NCBI GenBank assembly: GCA_000989765.1
Contig: LBOW01000001.1
Coordinates: 47,660 to 111,659 of the forward strand
Origin: Candidatus Woesebacteria bacterium GW2011_GWB1_33_22
GTDB lineage: Bacteria; Patescibacteriota; Microgenomatia; UBA8517
DNA: 64,000 nt
Reading direction: 5' to 3'
Shown in pieces: positions 19,419 to 28,989 of the stretch. Under the pieces are notes generated by a model. The model did not search any database, was not told the origin of the DNA, and worked only from the letters and a program-made list of their open reading frames with translations. The stretch's first letter is position 1. Every line of letters begins with the position of its first letter. Both the position numbers and the translations under genes were made by a program.

Positions 19419-20345
19419 TTAGTGAAAACCAATTTTTTGGTGAATAAGGTATTCTGGTCTTTTTTTAACCTCATCATAAATACGTGCAAGATATTCACCT
19501 ATAATACCTAAGGTTATAAGTTGAACCCCGCCCATAAAAAGAATTGATGATATTGTTGATGTCCAACCCATAATTCCTAAATTAATAAAAAATTTGAGTA
19601 TAAAAAGTATAACAATTAAAACAAAAGCAAATCCGGAAAAAATAAAGCCTAATATGCTTGCGATTCTTAAAGGGACAAATGAGAAAGAAACAATTCCATC
19701 CATGGCTAGTTTAAAAAGCCTAGAAAAGCTTGCTTCATTTCCAGCATATCTTTTTGACCTTTCGTATATGACACCTGTTTGTTTAAAACCTGTCCAAGCT
19801 CTTAATCCACTAAAGTACTTATTTTTTTCAGGCAAATCAATAATTATGTTTACGATTTTTCTGTCTAATATTGAAAAAGTGCCAGCGTCAATTGGCATTT
19901 TTAAAAAAGATATTTTGTCAAATAGTTTATAAAAAGATTTAAATAAAAATTTTCTTACAAAACTCTCTTTTCTTTTTCGCTTAACACCATAAACTACATC
20001 ATACCCTTGTAATGATTTTTTATACATTTTTTCAATTATATGTGGTGGATCTTGCAAATCGGCATCCATTACGACCACTTTTTCACCTTTTGAATGGACT
20101 AATCCTGCTGTTATCGCGGGCATATGACCGAAATTTCTAGAAAAAGATATAATTTTAATATGATTATCTTTTTTGGAAATTGGGCGCAAAATGTTTAAAG
20201 AATTATCATAACTGCCATCATCAATAAAAATCACTTCATAGCTACTACTTATTTTCTGAAAAGTTGTTTTAATTTTCTCATAAAGAGTTTTGATGTTTCC
20301 TTCCTCATTGTAAATCGGAACAATAACTGATATCTTTAATTTCAT
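19419..20345 (-). CDS. polyprenyl-phosphate glycosyltransferase (GT2, GtrB/ArnC/DPM1-like), second copy
   Basis: MKLKISVIVPIYNEEGNI...VIFIDDGSYDNS...MDADLQDPP plus two C-terminal TM helices. The six-frame ORF extends to 20381; the start at 20345 is more plausible and relieves the overlap with the divergent gene. Confidence 0.8.
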   Translation of the reverse strand: MKLKISVIVPIYNEEGNIKTLYEKIKTTFQKISSSYEVIFIDDGSYDNSLNILRPISKKDNHIKIISFSRNFGHMPAITAGLVHSKGEKVVVMDADLQDPPHIIEKMYKKSLQGYDVVYGVKRKRKESFVRKFLFKSFYKLFDKISFLKMPIDAGTFSILDRKIVNIIIDLPEKNKYFSGLRAWTGFKQTGVIYERSKRYAGNEASFSRLFKLAMDGIVSFSFVPLRIASILGFIFSGFAFVLIVILFILKFFINLGIMGWTSTISSILFMGGVQLITLGIIGEYLARIYDEVKKRPEYLIHQKIGFH

Positions 20346-20363
20346 AAGTGCAATATTACTAGA

Positions 20364-21083
20364 ATGAAGTTGATTAAGCAAATTCTAATATTTTTTATAA
20401 CAATTTTCTTTAAGATTTTCTTTTTAGTGTTTGGCGAGCCTAAAATTTCTAGCAGATTAAGGTCTGTGGTTAATTTATACAAGGGAAATAGTTTTTCCTC
20501 ACTATTTAAAATTATAAGGGTTTGGGATGCTCCTTTTGAAGAAATCGAAAAAGCTGTGCCGGAAAACGGTAAAATTGTTGACTTGGGATGTGGTGATGGA
20601 ATTTTGGGAAATTATTTAGCTTTATCGTCCAAAAAAAGAAGTGTTGTTGGGATAGAATTTAATAAGAAAAGGATAAGTGAGGCAAATAAAGGCATAGTTA
20701 ATACTAAATTTGTCTATGGCGATATTTTAAAAAGTAACTTTACTAAAGCAGATGCAATTCTACTTATACACGTGCTTCATCATCTAGAATCCTATATAGA
20801 TCAAGAAAAGCTTCTAACTAAATGCAAAGAAAGATTAAATAGGGGGGGTAAGATAATTATTGCAGAGATAATAGAAAGACCTTTACATAAGTTTTTATTT
20901 ACAGCCTTAACAGATTTTTTAATTGTACCTATACTGTTTGAAGGAAGGTTAATGAATACAATGATACATTTTAGAACCTTAGACAAATGGAAAACATTAT
21001 TTAAGAGAATGGGATTTAAATATAAATACTCGTTAAATCATCAAAATATGCCTTTCTCACACGCCATTTTTACATTGGAGTAA
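20364..21083 (+). CDS. class I SAM-dependent methyltransferase with N-terminal hydrophobic helix
   Basis: IVDLGCGDGILGNYL...AILLIHVLHHL...LNRGGKIII; N-terminal helix ILIFFITIFFKIFFLVF. Confidence 0.75.
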   Translation: MKLIKQILIFFITIFFKIFFLVFGEPKISSRLRSVVNLYKGNSFSSLFKIIRVWDAPFEEIEKAVPENGKIVDLGCGDGILGNYLALSSKKRSVVGIEFNKKRISEANKGIVNTKFVYGDILKSNFTKADAILLIHVLHHLESYIDQEKLLTKCKERLNRGGKIIIAEIIERPLHKFLFTALTDFLIVPILFEGRLMNTMIHFRTLDKWKTLFKRMGFKYKYSLNHQNMPFSHAIFTLE

Positions 21084-22310
21084 CTAGATAAATTTTAATT
21101 TTTTAGCTGCAAAGAGAGTCATTTTCAGAAGCAACCATCCGTGAGAATAACGATTAATGTTTGTTTGACCATATGTTCTTTCTCGATATCTAGCAGGAAT
21201 TTCGCAAATTTTTAAATTGAGTTTGGTGGCGCCAAATAAAAGATCATAGTCTCCGAAAGGATCAAAATTGCCAAAGTAATTTCTATTATTACAAATTTTA
21301 ATGTAATCTTTACGGAACAAAGCTTTAGTTCCACAAAGCGTGTCATTTACTTTTTGATCTAATAAATAAGTAAAAATAAAACTAAATATTTTATTTCCAA
21401 AAAAGTTTAGCGTTTGCATTGCCTGTTTTTCTAATGGATAAACTAAACGAGAACCATTTGCAAAATCACAATATCCTTTCGAAATAGCTTCATAAAATTT
21501 GATTAAATCCTTAGGATTTACGGTCAGATCGGCATCAAGAATAATTAAGATATCGTTTTTGGCTTTTTTGAATCCTAATCTAACAGCATCTGCCTTACCT
21601 ACCCCCTGTTGTTTATATAATTTTGCTATATTTTTATTTTCTTTATTCTTATTAATCTCCTTCAAAATATAATCATAAGTTTTATCCTTAGATTTTCCTT
21701 CTACAAAAATAATTTCCATATTTTTACCTATTTTAGGTATTTTAGATATCATATTTGGGATATTTCCTTGTTCGTTTCTAGCTGGGATTATTATTGAAAC
21801 AGAATATTCCTTTGTTGGGGGACGCTTTTTAAAAATTATATAAGTAGTTAAACACAGATCGTTTATTAGTGGTAATTTTGCAACCAAAGTATTAATAAAT
21901 GAAGTTACGATGCCAAGATCGATAGGTAATAGAAATCTTTTACCTTTTCTAATAACATCAAATCCCTCTAGATTAAAAACATTTACAATATCATCAGTTG
22001 ATAACCAATTTGAAGGCTTATCTTCCTTTTTTCTTAAACCCAATTTTGTAGCAAAATTTAAAATAGGTTTCCAGAATTGATTAAAATAAATCACCACAAA
22101 CCTTGTATCTTTGTGTGAATATTTTTTTAATTTTTTTATCTCAAACTGTATATCATTCCAATGAGCAATTGTATTTGGAAGAACAATGTAATCATATCTC
22201 TGTGGCTGTATATTTGCGTTTGAATAAGTAAGTACTTTAGAACTCTTAGGTGTTAATTGACTTACTAACTTTTTAATATCTCGTTGGTAAAATTTAGAAA
22301 AAACCTTCAT
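21084..22310 (-). CDS. glycosyltransferase family 2 fused to an N-terminal about 160-aa methyltransferase-like remnant domain
   Basis: C-terminal SVSIIIPARNEQGNI...IFVEGKSKDKT...ILDADLTVNP (GT2). The N-terminal part (YDYIVLPNTIAHWNDIQ...) looks like MTase post-motif-II regions but lacks the GxGxG SAM motif. Confidence 0.7.
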   Translation of the reverse strand: MKVFSKFYQRDIKKLVSQLTPKSSKVLTYSNANIQPQRYDYIVLPNTIAHWNDIQFEIKKLKKYSHKDTRFVVIYFNQFWKPILNFATKLGLRKKEDKPSNWLSTDDIVNVFNLEGFDVIRKGKRFLLPIDLGIVTSFINTLVAKLPLINDLCLTTYIIFKKRPPTKEYSVSIIIPARNEQGNIPNMISKIPKIGKNMEIIFVEGKSKDKTYDYILKEINKNKENKNIAKLYKQQGVGKADAVRLGFKKAKNDILIILDADLTVNPKDLIKFYEAISKGYCDFANGSRLVYPLEKQAMQTLNFFGNKIFSFIFTYLLDQKVNDTLCGTKALFRKDYIKICNNRNYFGNFDPFGDYDLLFGATKLNLKICEIPARYRERTYGQTNINRYSHGWLLLKMTLFAAKKLKFI

Positions 22311-23248
22311 TTAAAGGTCTTTATATACCAATTAATTGTTTTGGTCAATCCTTCGCCAAGTTTTGTCTTAGCAACAAATCCAAATTCATTTTTTGCCTTT
22401 TGAATATTAAGTTTTCTTCTGATTTGACCATCGGGTCTGGTTTTATCCCAAATAATTTTTCCCTTATATTTCATTTTCGCAGCAATTAGAGCGACTAAAT
22501 CCTTGATCTTTATTTCGGAGTTTGATCCAATATTAATTGGATCAAGTTTATTATATCTTTGTGTTGCCATAACTATTGCCTCAGCGGCATCTTCTACATA
22601 CAAAAATTCTCTGGATGCTTTTCCTGTGCCCCATACTATTACGTTATTATTCGTTTTTTTAGCTTCATCTAGTTTTTTAATTAATGCGGGAATTACGTGT
22701 GAAGATTCTGGGTCAAAGTTGTCCCCTGGACCGTAAAGATTGACAGGTAATAGATATATTGAATTAAATCCAAATTGTTGTCTGTATGCTTGTGATTGTA
22801 CTAAAAGTATCTTTTTTGCTATTCCATAAGGTGCATTGGTTTCTTCAGGATATCCATTCCAAAGCGATTCTTCTTTAAACGGAACTGGTGTATTTTTGGG
22901 GTAAGAACAAACAGTTCCAATGCAAACAAATTTATGTACATGATTATTTTTAGCCGCCTCCATTAATTCTAAACCCATTATTGCATTATCATATAAAAGC
23001 GTACCAGGTAAGGAAGAGTTTTTTCCAATTCCACCAACATTTCCAGCTAAATGAATAACAATATCTATTCTTTTGGTCAATTTTTGGCAATTTATTCTAT
23101 CTCGTAAATCAAACTTATTACTGTCTGGTATAATAATGTTTCTTTCCTTTAATCCCTTTTTTAATAATATATTTTTAACATATTTTCCTAAAAAACCATT
23201 TCCACCTGTAAGCAAAATCTTATTATTTTTAAATTTAACTATTTTCAT
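22307..23248 (-). CDS. fcl: GDP-L-fucose synthase (GDP-4-keto-6-deoxy-D-mannose 3,5-epimerase/4-reductase)
   Basis: KILLTGGNGFLGKYV, EETNAPYGIAKK, NLYGPGDNFDPESSHVIPALIKK. These are the hallmark Fcl/WcaG motifs. Confidence 0.85.
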   Translation of the reverse strand: MKIVKFKNNKILLTGGNGFLGKYVKNILLKKGLKERNIIIPDSNKFDLRDRINCQKLTKRIDIVIHLAGNVGGIGKNSSLPGTLLYDNAIMGLELMEAAKNNHVHKFVCIGTVCSYPKNTPVPFKEESLWNGYPEETNAPYGIAKKILLVQSQAYRQQFGFNSIYLLPVNLYGPGDNFDPESSHVIPALIKKLDEAKKTNNNVIVWGTGKASREFLYVEDAAEAIVMATQRYNKLDPINIGSNSEIKIKDLVALIAAKMKYKGKIIWDKTRPDGQIRRKLNIQKAKNEFGFVAKTKLGEGLTKTINWYIKTFK

Positions 23249-24772
23249 TTAATATAAAAATTGTATCTTTTTACCACTTCTGTAATTTTTTGTTAAATCA
23301 ACAATATATCCCTTTTCCGAATCAAAATCTTTTGAAGGAATTCTATCATAGTTGTAATCAATAACCCACACTTTGTTTCTAATACTCCAATACTTATTTT
23401 CCCACCCATCGACAGGTATGGGAAAATCTACGTTTGGACTAACGAATTCTGTAATTAGAGCTGCAGGCCACTGTAAATATGAAGGTACAATTATTATAGA
23501 ATCTTTTTCAAATTGTGGTGATATATATTTAATATAGGAAATAAATTTTTTAAAGGCCTCAGATTTATATTGAATGGAATCAAAATGTCTCCATACCATA
23601 TTGGTATTGTTAGTCACAAATACAATTAATACAAATAATGTTGCTACTTTGTATGAAATTTCATTTTTTGTAAATAATGCTTTTAATAAAATCGCCCACA
23701 TAATAGCAGCAAAAAGGCTTGAAAAGATAAAATACCTGTCCTCTCCAAAATATTTGGTAACATCAAGTCTGGTGTCGACATACATATATAGAAACATTGT
23801 TGAAACCATTGACAATAATAACGAAATATATAAGGTTAATAGTCTGGGTGCTTTTTTAAAAACAAGCCATATTCCGCCAAAGTACATGACTAAGGTTATT
23901 GGTAAAAAAAACTTTACAACTGGTAAATAAGGATCTTTAATTGACGTAATCCAGTTTTGACCAATGAAACTAACTAAATTTAAAGGAATCGTAACTGTTG
24001 GTATTTGATATAAAAGTCTTTGGGTGAGATTTTCTTGGGTTTTCAAAAAATTTGCAAACCCCCCAAGAGGTTGTTGTTCGCTCTTGTTGGTTATATAAAA
24101 GGAAATTAAAAAAAATGTTGTACAAATTAAAATAACCCTAAAAATTTTATGTAAATTGGGTTTATCCTCAAACATTTTTACAATGGGATAAATAAGCAAA
24201 ATTGGTAGGGCGAGACTAGAAAAATGACCGGTAAATACTGCTAATCCCCAGAGTAAAAAGGCTACAATGAGATTTTTTATTTTTAAATTTTCTCCATATT
24301 TCCATAAAAAATAAAAAGAAAAAATAATTGGTATTATCCCTGGAAATCGTTGTGCAAATCTTTGATATGTTCCTGCACCCAAATACTCAAAAAGAGCTAT
24401 ATAATTAGTGGCAAAAAAAATGGTAGCAGAGAATGCTAATAACTTACTGTTAGTTATCCTATTTATTATTAGATAAAGGGAAATAAACAGGATATAAGCA
24501 ATTGTGAAAGAAAGAAGAAAATATGCAGTTATATTGTCACGAAATATTGGTGGAAGAATATCAAAAATTATTTTAGCAGAATTATCATAACCCCATACAT
24601 TTATACCGTTTTTAACAAAAAAGTTTAAATGAGGATTAAAATACATGTATCCTTCTCCCAGAAACACCTGTTTAAACATCTTATGCCAAACCAAAAAAGA
24701 TAATCCAAAAATTGCAGTAGTAGACACCCAATTTTTTTGATAGAATGATTTAATTTTAGATATGATTTTCAC
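23249..24772 (-). CDS. polytopic membrane protein with extracytoplasmic C-terminal domain (candidate GT-C-like glycosyltransferase/polymerase)
   Basis: About 12 TM helices followed by a roughly 120-aa hydrophilic C-terminus. GTG start inferred. No soluble catalytic motif. Confidence 0.5.
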   Translation of the reverse strand: MKIISKIKSFYQKNWVSTTAIFGLSFLVWHKMFKQVFLGEGYMYFNPHLNFFVKNGINVWGYDNSAKIIFDILPPIFRDNITAYFLLSFTIAYILFISLYLIINRITNSKLLAFSATIFFATNYIALFEYLGAGTYQRFAQRFPGIIPIIFSFYFLWKYGENLKIKNLIVAFLLWGLAVFTGHFSSLALPILLIYPIVKMFEDKPNLHKIFRVILICTTFFLISFYITNKSEQQPLGGFANFLKTQENLTQRLLYQIPTVTIPLNLVSFIGQNWITSIKDPYLPVVKFFLPITLVMYFGGIWLVFKKAPRLLTLYISLLLSMVSTMFLYMYVDTRLDVTKYFGEDRYFIFSSLFAAIMWAILLKALFTKNEISYKVATLFVLIVFVTNNTNMVWRHFDSIQYKSEAFKKFISYIKYISPQFEKDSIIIVPSYLQWPAALITEFVSPNVDFPIPVDGWENKYWSIRNKVWVIDYNYDRIPSKDFDSEKGYIVDLTKNYRSGKKIQFLY

Positions 24773-24799
24773 AAAAATATATTCTCATAATTCTACAAC

Positions 24800-25744
24800 A
24801 TGAACAAAGCTTTTTCAAAACTTTTACCAATACTTACGTGTCCTATCTGTCACAAAAATTTAAAGTTAATTAATAAAAATTTCGTGTGTACAGGAAATCA
24901 TAAATTTTCAGTCAAAAGTTATGTTCCAGTTTTTACCAAACTCAATGATTATCTTGAAATTGAATCCAATGCATGGGAGGAAGAATGGAAATCTAAAATT
25001 TCCAAAAAAGCCTTAAAAGCCTATGATATCAACATGGCAGTTTTTAAAAGTTTAGGCTATTGGGAAGAAAGTGGAAATGCTTCAAACCTAATACCAAGTA
25101 AGAAAGATAATATTGTTCTTGACTTAGGTTGCGGTAATGGTGTTTCAACGAGTAAACTCAAAGCAACACAAGCAGTAGGGTTGGATCTTTCTACTAAACA
25201 ATTGGTAAAATCCAAAAATAAATATCCAAACTGTAGTTTTATTGTAGGTGATGCAAGAAAACTTCCCTTTAAAGATTCATCATTTGATATGGTTGTTGCA
25301 ATAAATATGCTTCACCATGTCAAAAATCCTCAAGTTGTGATCAAAGAATGTTATAGAGTTTTAAAAAGTGGGGGACGTCTTTTAACTGTAGATCCGAACC
25401 TTTATAACCCTATTGGATTTATAGGTAGAGGTATGTATAAATTATTAAGACTTAAAAAGATTTTTCCAACATTTCCACAGTTTGCATTAGGAGAAGACGA
25501 ATATCAATTTTCAAAGAAAAATTATTACAATCTTTTTACCAAGTCACCATTTAAAAATTTTACGATTAGGCCACACAGACTTGAAAGAATATTTTTCTTT
25601 GCTAGTATTTTGATACCTAGTTTAATTATGTTTCCTTTCTATAAAAATATTATTTACATACTTAGTCGCATGGGAGAGGGCTTGGTTAAAATTCCACCGC
25701 TGGACAATATTTGTTATTTTTGGAAATGTGAGGCTATTAGGTGA
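24800..25744 (+). CDS. class I SAM methyltransferase with N-terminal Cys4-type zinc ribbon (RlmA-like architecture) and C-terminal hydrophobic segment
   Basis: LTCPICHKNL...CTGNHKF zinc-ribbon; VLDLGCGNGVST...FDMVVAINMLHHV...LKSGGRLL; C-terminal hydrophobic FFFASILIPSLIMFPFY. Confidence 0.75.
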   Translation: MNKAFSKLLPILTCPICHKNLKLINKNFVCTGNHKFSVKSYVPVFTKLNDYLEIESNAWEEEWKSKISKKALKAYDINMAVFKSLGYWEESGNASNLIPSKKDNIVLDLGCGNGVSTSKLKATQAVGLDLSTKQLVKSKNKYPNCSFIVGDARKLPFKDSSFDMVVAINMLHHVKNPQVVIKECYRVLKSGGRLLTVDPNLYNPIGFIGRGMYKLLRLKKIFPTFPQFALGEDEYQFSKKNYYNLFTKSPFKNFTIRPHRLERIFFFASILIPSLIMFPFYKNIIYILSRMGEGLVKIPPLDNICYFWKCEAIR

Positions 25745-27930
25745 AAAAATTGCTTTTTTGGTCAATTTTAATTCTGGCCTTTCTCTGGCGTATAATAGGG
25801 ATCTATCCTGGCTATCCGCTTCATGCAGATGAAGGAATGTCTTATTCACAAGGTATGGCCATGATAACAGAAAAAACTTTAGATGCTCATGGATATGCTT
25901 ACGCATATGCATATCCAAACCTTGTGCCAATAATAAATGCACTATTTTTTAAATTGTTTTTTATACCTTTATCTTGGTTTTGGTTTTTTTTAAATAGAAT
26001 ACCTGAACTTATTGATGGGGTTTTACAAATTATTCCATCACAACTTGAAAGAGAAAGAATCTTTCAAGTTTTTATATTAGGAAAAGGAGGAATTAATCCA
26101 CTATATTGGGGAAGATATGTGGCATCCTTTTTTGGTTTTGGTTCTGTAATTCTTTCTTATATTCTAGGAAAGAAAATATTTAGTAAAAATGTTGGATTAA
26201 TTTGGGCCTTTTTTATGGCTGCAAGTTGGCGTCTAGTTCTTGCAAGTCATTTGGATTTACCAGATATATATAATGTATTTTTTCTTATTTTGTCTATGAT
26301 TTTTTCTCTAAATATTAAAGACAAACCCACAATCAAAAATTATTTATTTGCAGGTTTATTTGCAGGTTTATCGTTTAATGTTAAGTTCCAGACGTTTTCT
26401 ATCATTATTATTGGTATTTGCTATCTATATTCAGTTTTTATACAGAAGAGACTAAACCTACCTTTTATATTAATTTCAGTTTTTTCCTTTTTATTAATTA
26501 CTTTAATAATGAATCCTTACCATCTTATCCAATGGAAGACGACTTATGAACAAATTTCATATGTTGCAATGAAATATGGAATGGGTAAGAAAAACTTATA
26601 TATTTATCCAATTTTTTATCTTTATTATTACGCTGTAGGAGTTCCTGCAGTCTGGGCATCCTTTTTGGGAATCATATACGTAATTTTTAAGAAAAAATAT
26701 TTTTATTTAATATTGATTTTGTCCCCAATTTTGTCAGGTTTGTATTTATTTGCTTATTATTCTGGAGGTGGTTTTTATACTCGTAATCTTTTAACAATTA
26801 GTACATTTGTATTACTTTTTTCTGCGTTAGGTGTAAATTTCATTTTCGAAATACTTGAGAAAATAATCAAAAATAAATTATTTTTAGTGGGTATTACTAT
26901 ACCCTTAATATTATTATTGTATTTTGATCAGATAATGGCTTCGACGTTAGTAGTATTAAATTATAAAGAAACGTGGAATATACATATTTTGGAAAACTGG
27001 TTAAGCAAAAATATTCCTACTGGTGCAAAAATAGCTGCTCACAGTAATGTTCCACTTCCCATAAAAGATGTAGTTAGACTTGATTTTGAGGATGGTATTT
27101 CTTTTTCTATCGACGAATTCAGAGAAAACGGTGCTAGCTATGCTATTGCTAATTTTGCGTGGGCCACTAACAGTTTTTATTGGTGGATGGGTGGCATACC
27201 ACAGAAATATCAACTAAATTATTTTAATAAGCCTGTTGATTTATTAGAATTTACCTATCAAGGGATTGCCTTAAGAGAGTTATCTGAATCAGCAATTTAC
27301 TTAATATCAAATTCCTGGCAAGCACCGGATACAACTTTTGTTGTAGCTAAAATTCCAGAATATAATTTAATAGATAAATCAGAGATAATTTATTATGATT
27401 TTCAAAAAGGTACCAATGGTTGGAAAAAGAGTGGTATTGCTTGGGAAGATAGCGATAATTTAAGTTGGGCAACAGAAGGTTTACTTTTAGAAGCAGAACC
27501 TGTTCTTCTTCCTTCAACAAGATGGGAGTCTCCAGTCCATAAAATTGAAGATGCAAAGGGATTTTACGTAGAGTACAAAGTCAACTCGATATCTGATACA
27601 AAGAATATAAAGGGCGCATATATCTTTGTAAGTTTTTATAAAAACCTTGAAGATGCTCAACAATCAGTAAATAGGGTTAGTGTTAGATTAAGTGAAAGAA
27701 AAGATGCAGATTCTATTTGGGAAATTAAGAATTTGATGGGTTTAATTCCCGATAATGCAAAATATATGACAATTGGTTATTCGAGTTATGACAACGTTAA
27801 AACTCGAAATATTCTAAGTTGGTTAAAAATATATAAATCAGATATAGAAGTTGATTACGGTAAAGAAAAGATTAAACCTGTTATGTTAGATATTAACGAT
27901 CTCTTCCCAAACAGTCATGGAAATTTGTAA
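25741..27930 (+). CDS. GT-C fold membrane glycosyltransferase (ArnT/PMT, GT39/83-like) with large extracytoplasmic C-terminal domain
   Basis: First-loop motif YPLHADEG (DE motif), about 12 TM helices, roughly 300-aa hydrophilic C-terminal region. Confidence 0.65.
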   Translation: MKKLLFWSILILAFLWRIIGIYPGYPLHADEGMSYSQGMAMITEKTLDAHGYAYAYAYPNLVPIINALFFKLFFIPLSWFWFFLNRIPELIDGVLQIIPSQLERERIFQVFILGKGGINPLYWGRYVASFFGFGSVILSYILGKKIFSKNVGLIWAFFMAASWRLVLASHLDLPDIYNVFFLILSMIFSLNIKDKPTIKNYLFAGLFAGLSFNVKFQTFSIIIIGICYLYSVFIQKRLNLPFILISVFSFLLITLIMNPYHLIQWKTTYEQISYVAMKYGMGKKNLYIYPIFYLYYYAVGVPAVWASFLGIIYVIFKKKYFYLILILSPILSGLYLFAYYSGGGFYTRNLLTISTFVLLFSALGVNFIFEILEKIIKNKLFLVGITIPLILLLYFDQIMASTLVVLNYKETWNIHILENWLSKNIPTGAKIAAHSNVPLPIKDVVRLDFEDGISFSIDEFRENGASYAIANFAWATNSFYWWMGGIPQKYQLNYFNKPVDLLEFTYQGIALRELSESAIYLISNSWQAPDTTFVVAKIPEYNLIDKSEIIYYDFQKGTNGWKKSGIAWEDSDNLSWATEGLLLEAEPVLLPSTRWESPVHKIEDAKGFYVEYKVNSISDTKNIKGAYIFVSFYKNLEDAQQSVNRVSVRLSERKDADSIWEIKNLMGLIPDNAKYMTIGYSSYDNVKTRNILSWLKIYKSDIEVDYGKEKIKPVMLDINDLFPNSHGNL

Positions 27931-27984
27931 AAAGACTGGAGACAATTTGCAATCTCAAATATTATTGGTAGAATAACTTCAATA

Positions 27985-28989
27985 ATGAAATATGTAGCTT
28001 TGGTAGGTTATGGTTATTGGGGAACAAACCTTTTGAGGAATTTTGTGGAGACTAAAAATTGTGAAGTTGTATATGTTTGTGATAATGATATCACTAGACT
28101 AAAACCAATTAGAAAAAGATATCCTTCAATTATTCTTACTTCGAATTATGATGAAATTCTTTTTGATAAAGAAATTGATGCAGTGATAATAGCTACTCCC
28201 ACAAGGTTTCATCACGATCTAGCTAAGAAAGCTATGGAGGCGGGAAAGGATGTTTTAATTGAAAAACCGATGGCTTTATCAATGTCCGAAGCAAAAGATT
28301 TAGTTGTGGTATCAAAAAAAACGAAGAGAATAATAATGGTTGACCATACATTTTTGTTTACACCAGCTGTAAGAAAGTTAAAAACAATTATTGATAACGG
28401 TGAAATCGGTGACATTGTTTATATTGATTCAGTAAGAACAAATCTCGGACTTTTTCAAACTGACTCCAATGTTTCCTTTGACTTAGCAACCCACGATATT
28501 GCAATACTACAATATTTATTAAATGCTAGTCCTACAGTAATTACCTCGGTGGCGGAGTCTTTCTATGGTACACAGGAAGAAATCTTTTACATTCATTTAA
28601 ATTACCCAAACAAAATAACTTGCCATTTACATGTAAGTTGGCTTTCCCCACTTAAGGTGAGGAAAATGATGATAGTTGGAACTAAAAAAATGATAGTGTA
28701 TGATGATGTTGAACAATCTGAAAAGATAAAAATTTATGATAAGGGAGTTGTGTTTGATCAAATAAGAATTGGGTATAGGTCAGGAGATGTCAATTCTCCC
28801 AATATTGATATTAAAGAGGCGTTAGGAACCATGGCATTAGAGTTTATAGATACTTTGGAAACCAGAAAAGAGCCTGTAAGTAACGGTCTTTTTGGTTTGT
28901 CAATTGTAAATATATTAGAAATGTCTAATAATTCTTCTCGAAGTAGTAAAACAATTATTATTAAAAATATAAATGACAATAAAAAATGA
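27985..28989 (+). CDS. Gfo/Idh/MocA-family NAD(P)-dependent sugar oxidoreductase (WbpB-like)
   Basis: MKYVALVGYGYWGTNLL Rossmann start; EKP motif; family length about 330 aa. Confidence 0.8.
   Translation: MKYVALVGYGYWGTNLLRNFVETKNCEVVYVCDNDITRLKPIRKRYPSIILTSNYDEILFDKEIDAVIIATPTRFHHDLAKKAMEAGKDVLIEKPMALSMSEAKDLVVVSKKTKRIIMVDHTFLFTPAVRKLKTIIDNGEIGDIVYIDSVRTNLGLFQTDSNVSFDLATHDIAILQYLLNASPTVITSVAESFYGTQEEIFYIHLNYPNKITCHLHVSWLSPLKVRKMMIVGTKKMIVYDDVEQSEKIKIYDKGVVFDQIRIGYRSGDVNSPNIDIKEALGTMALEFIDTLETRKEPVSNGLFGLSIVNILEMSNNSSRSSKTIIIKNINDNKK

Noticed and set aside
20346-20381. Long N-terminal extensions proposed by the ORF track for the two GtrB-like genes (to 16132 with TTG and to 20381)
   Set aside because: Internal ATG codons immediately precede the conserved GT2 N-terminal motif (MNKFLISIVIP at 16120, MKLKISVIVP at 20345). 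Using them removes overlaps with the divergent neighbouring genes. The shorter starts are preferred but remain unproven.
25870-25920. GYAYAYAY dipeptide repeat (gct tac gca tat gca tat) in the 25741 GT-C protein as a microsatellite/phase-variation tract
   Set aside because: Only about 3 to 4 repeat units of a 6-nt unit, in frame and short. There is no evidence of slipped-strand variability.
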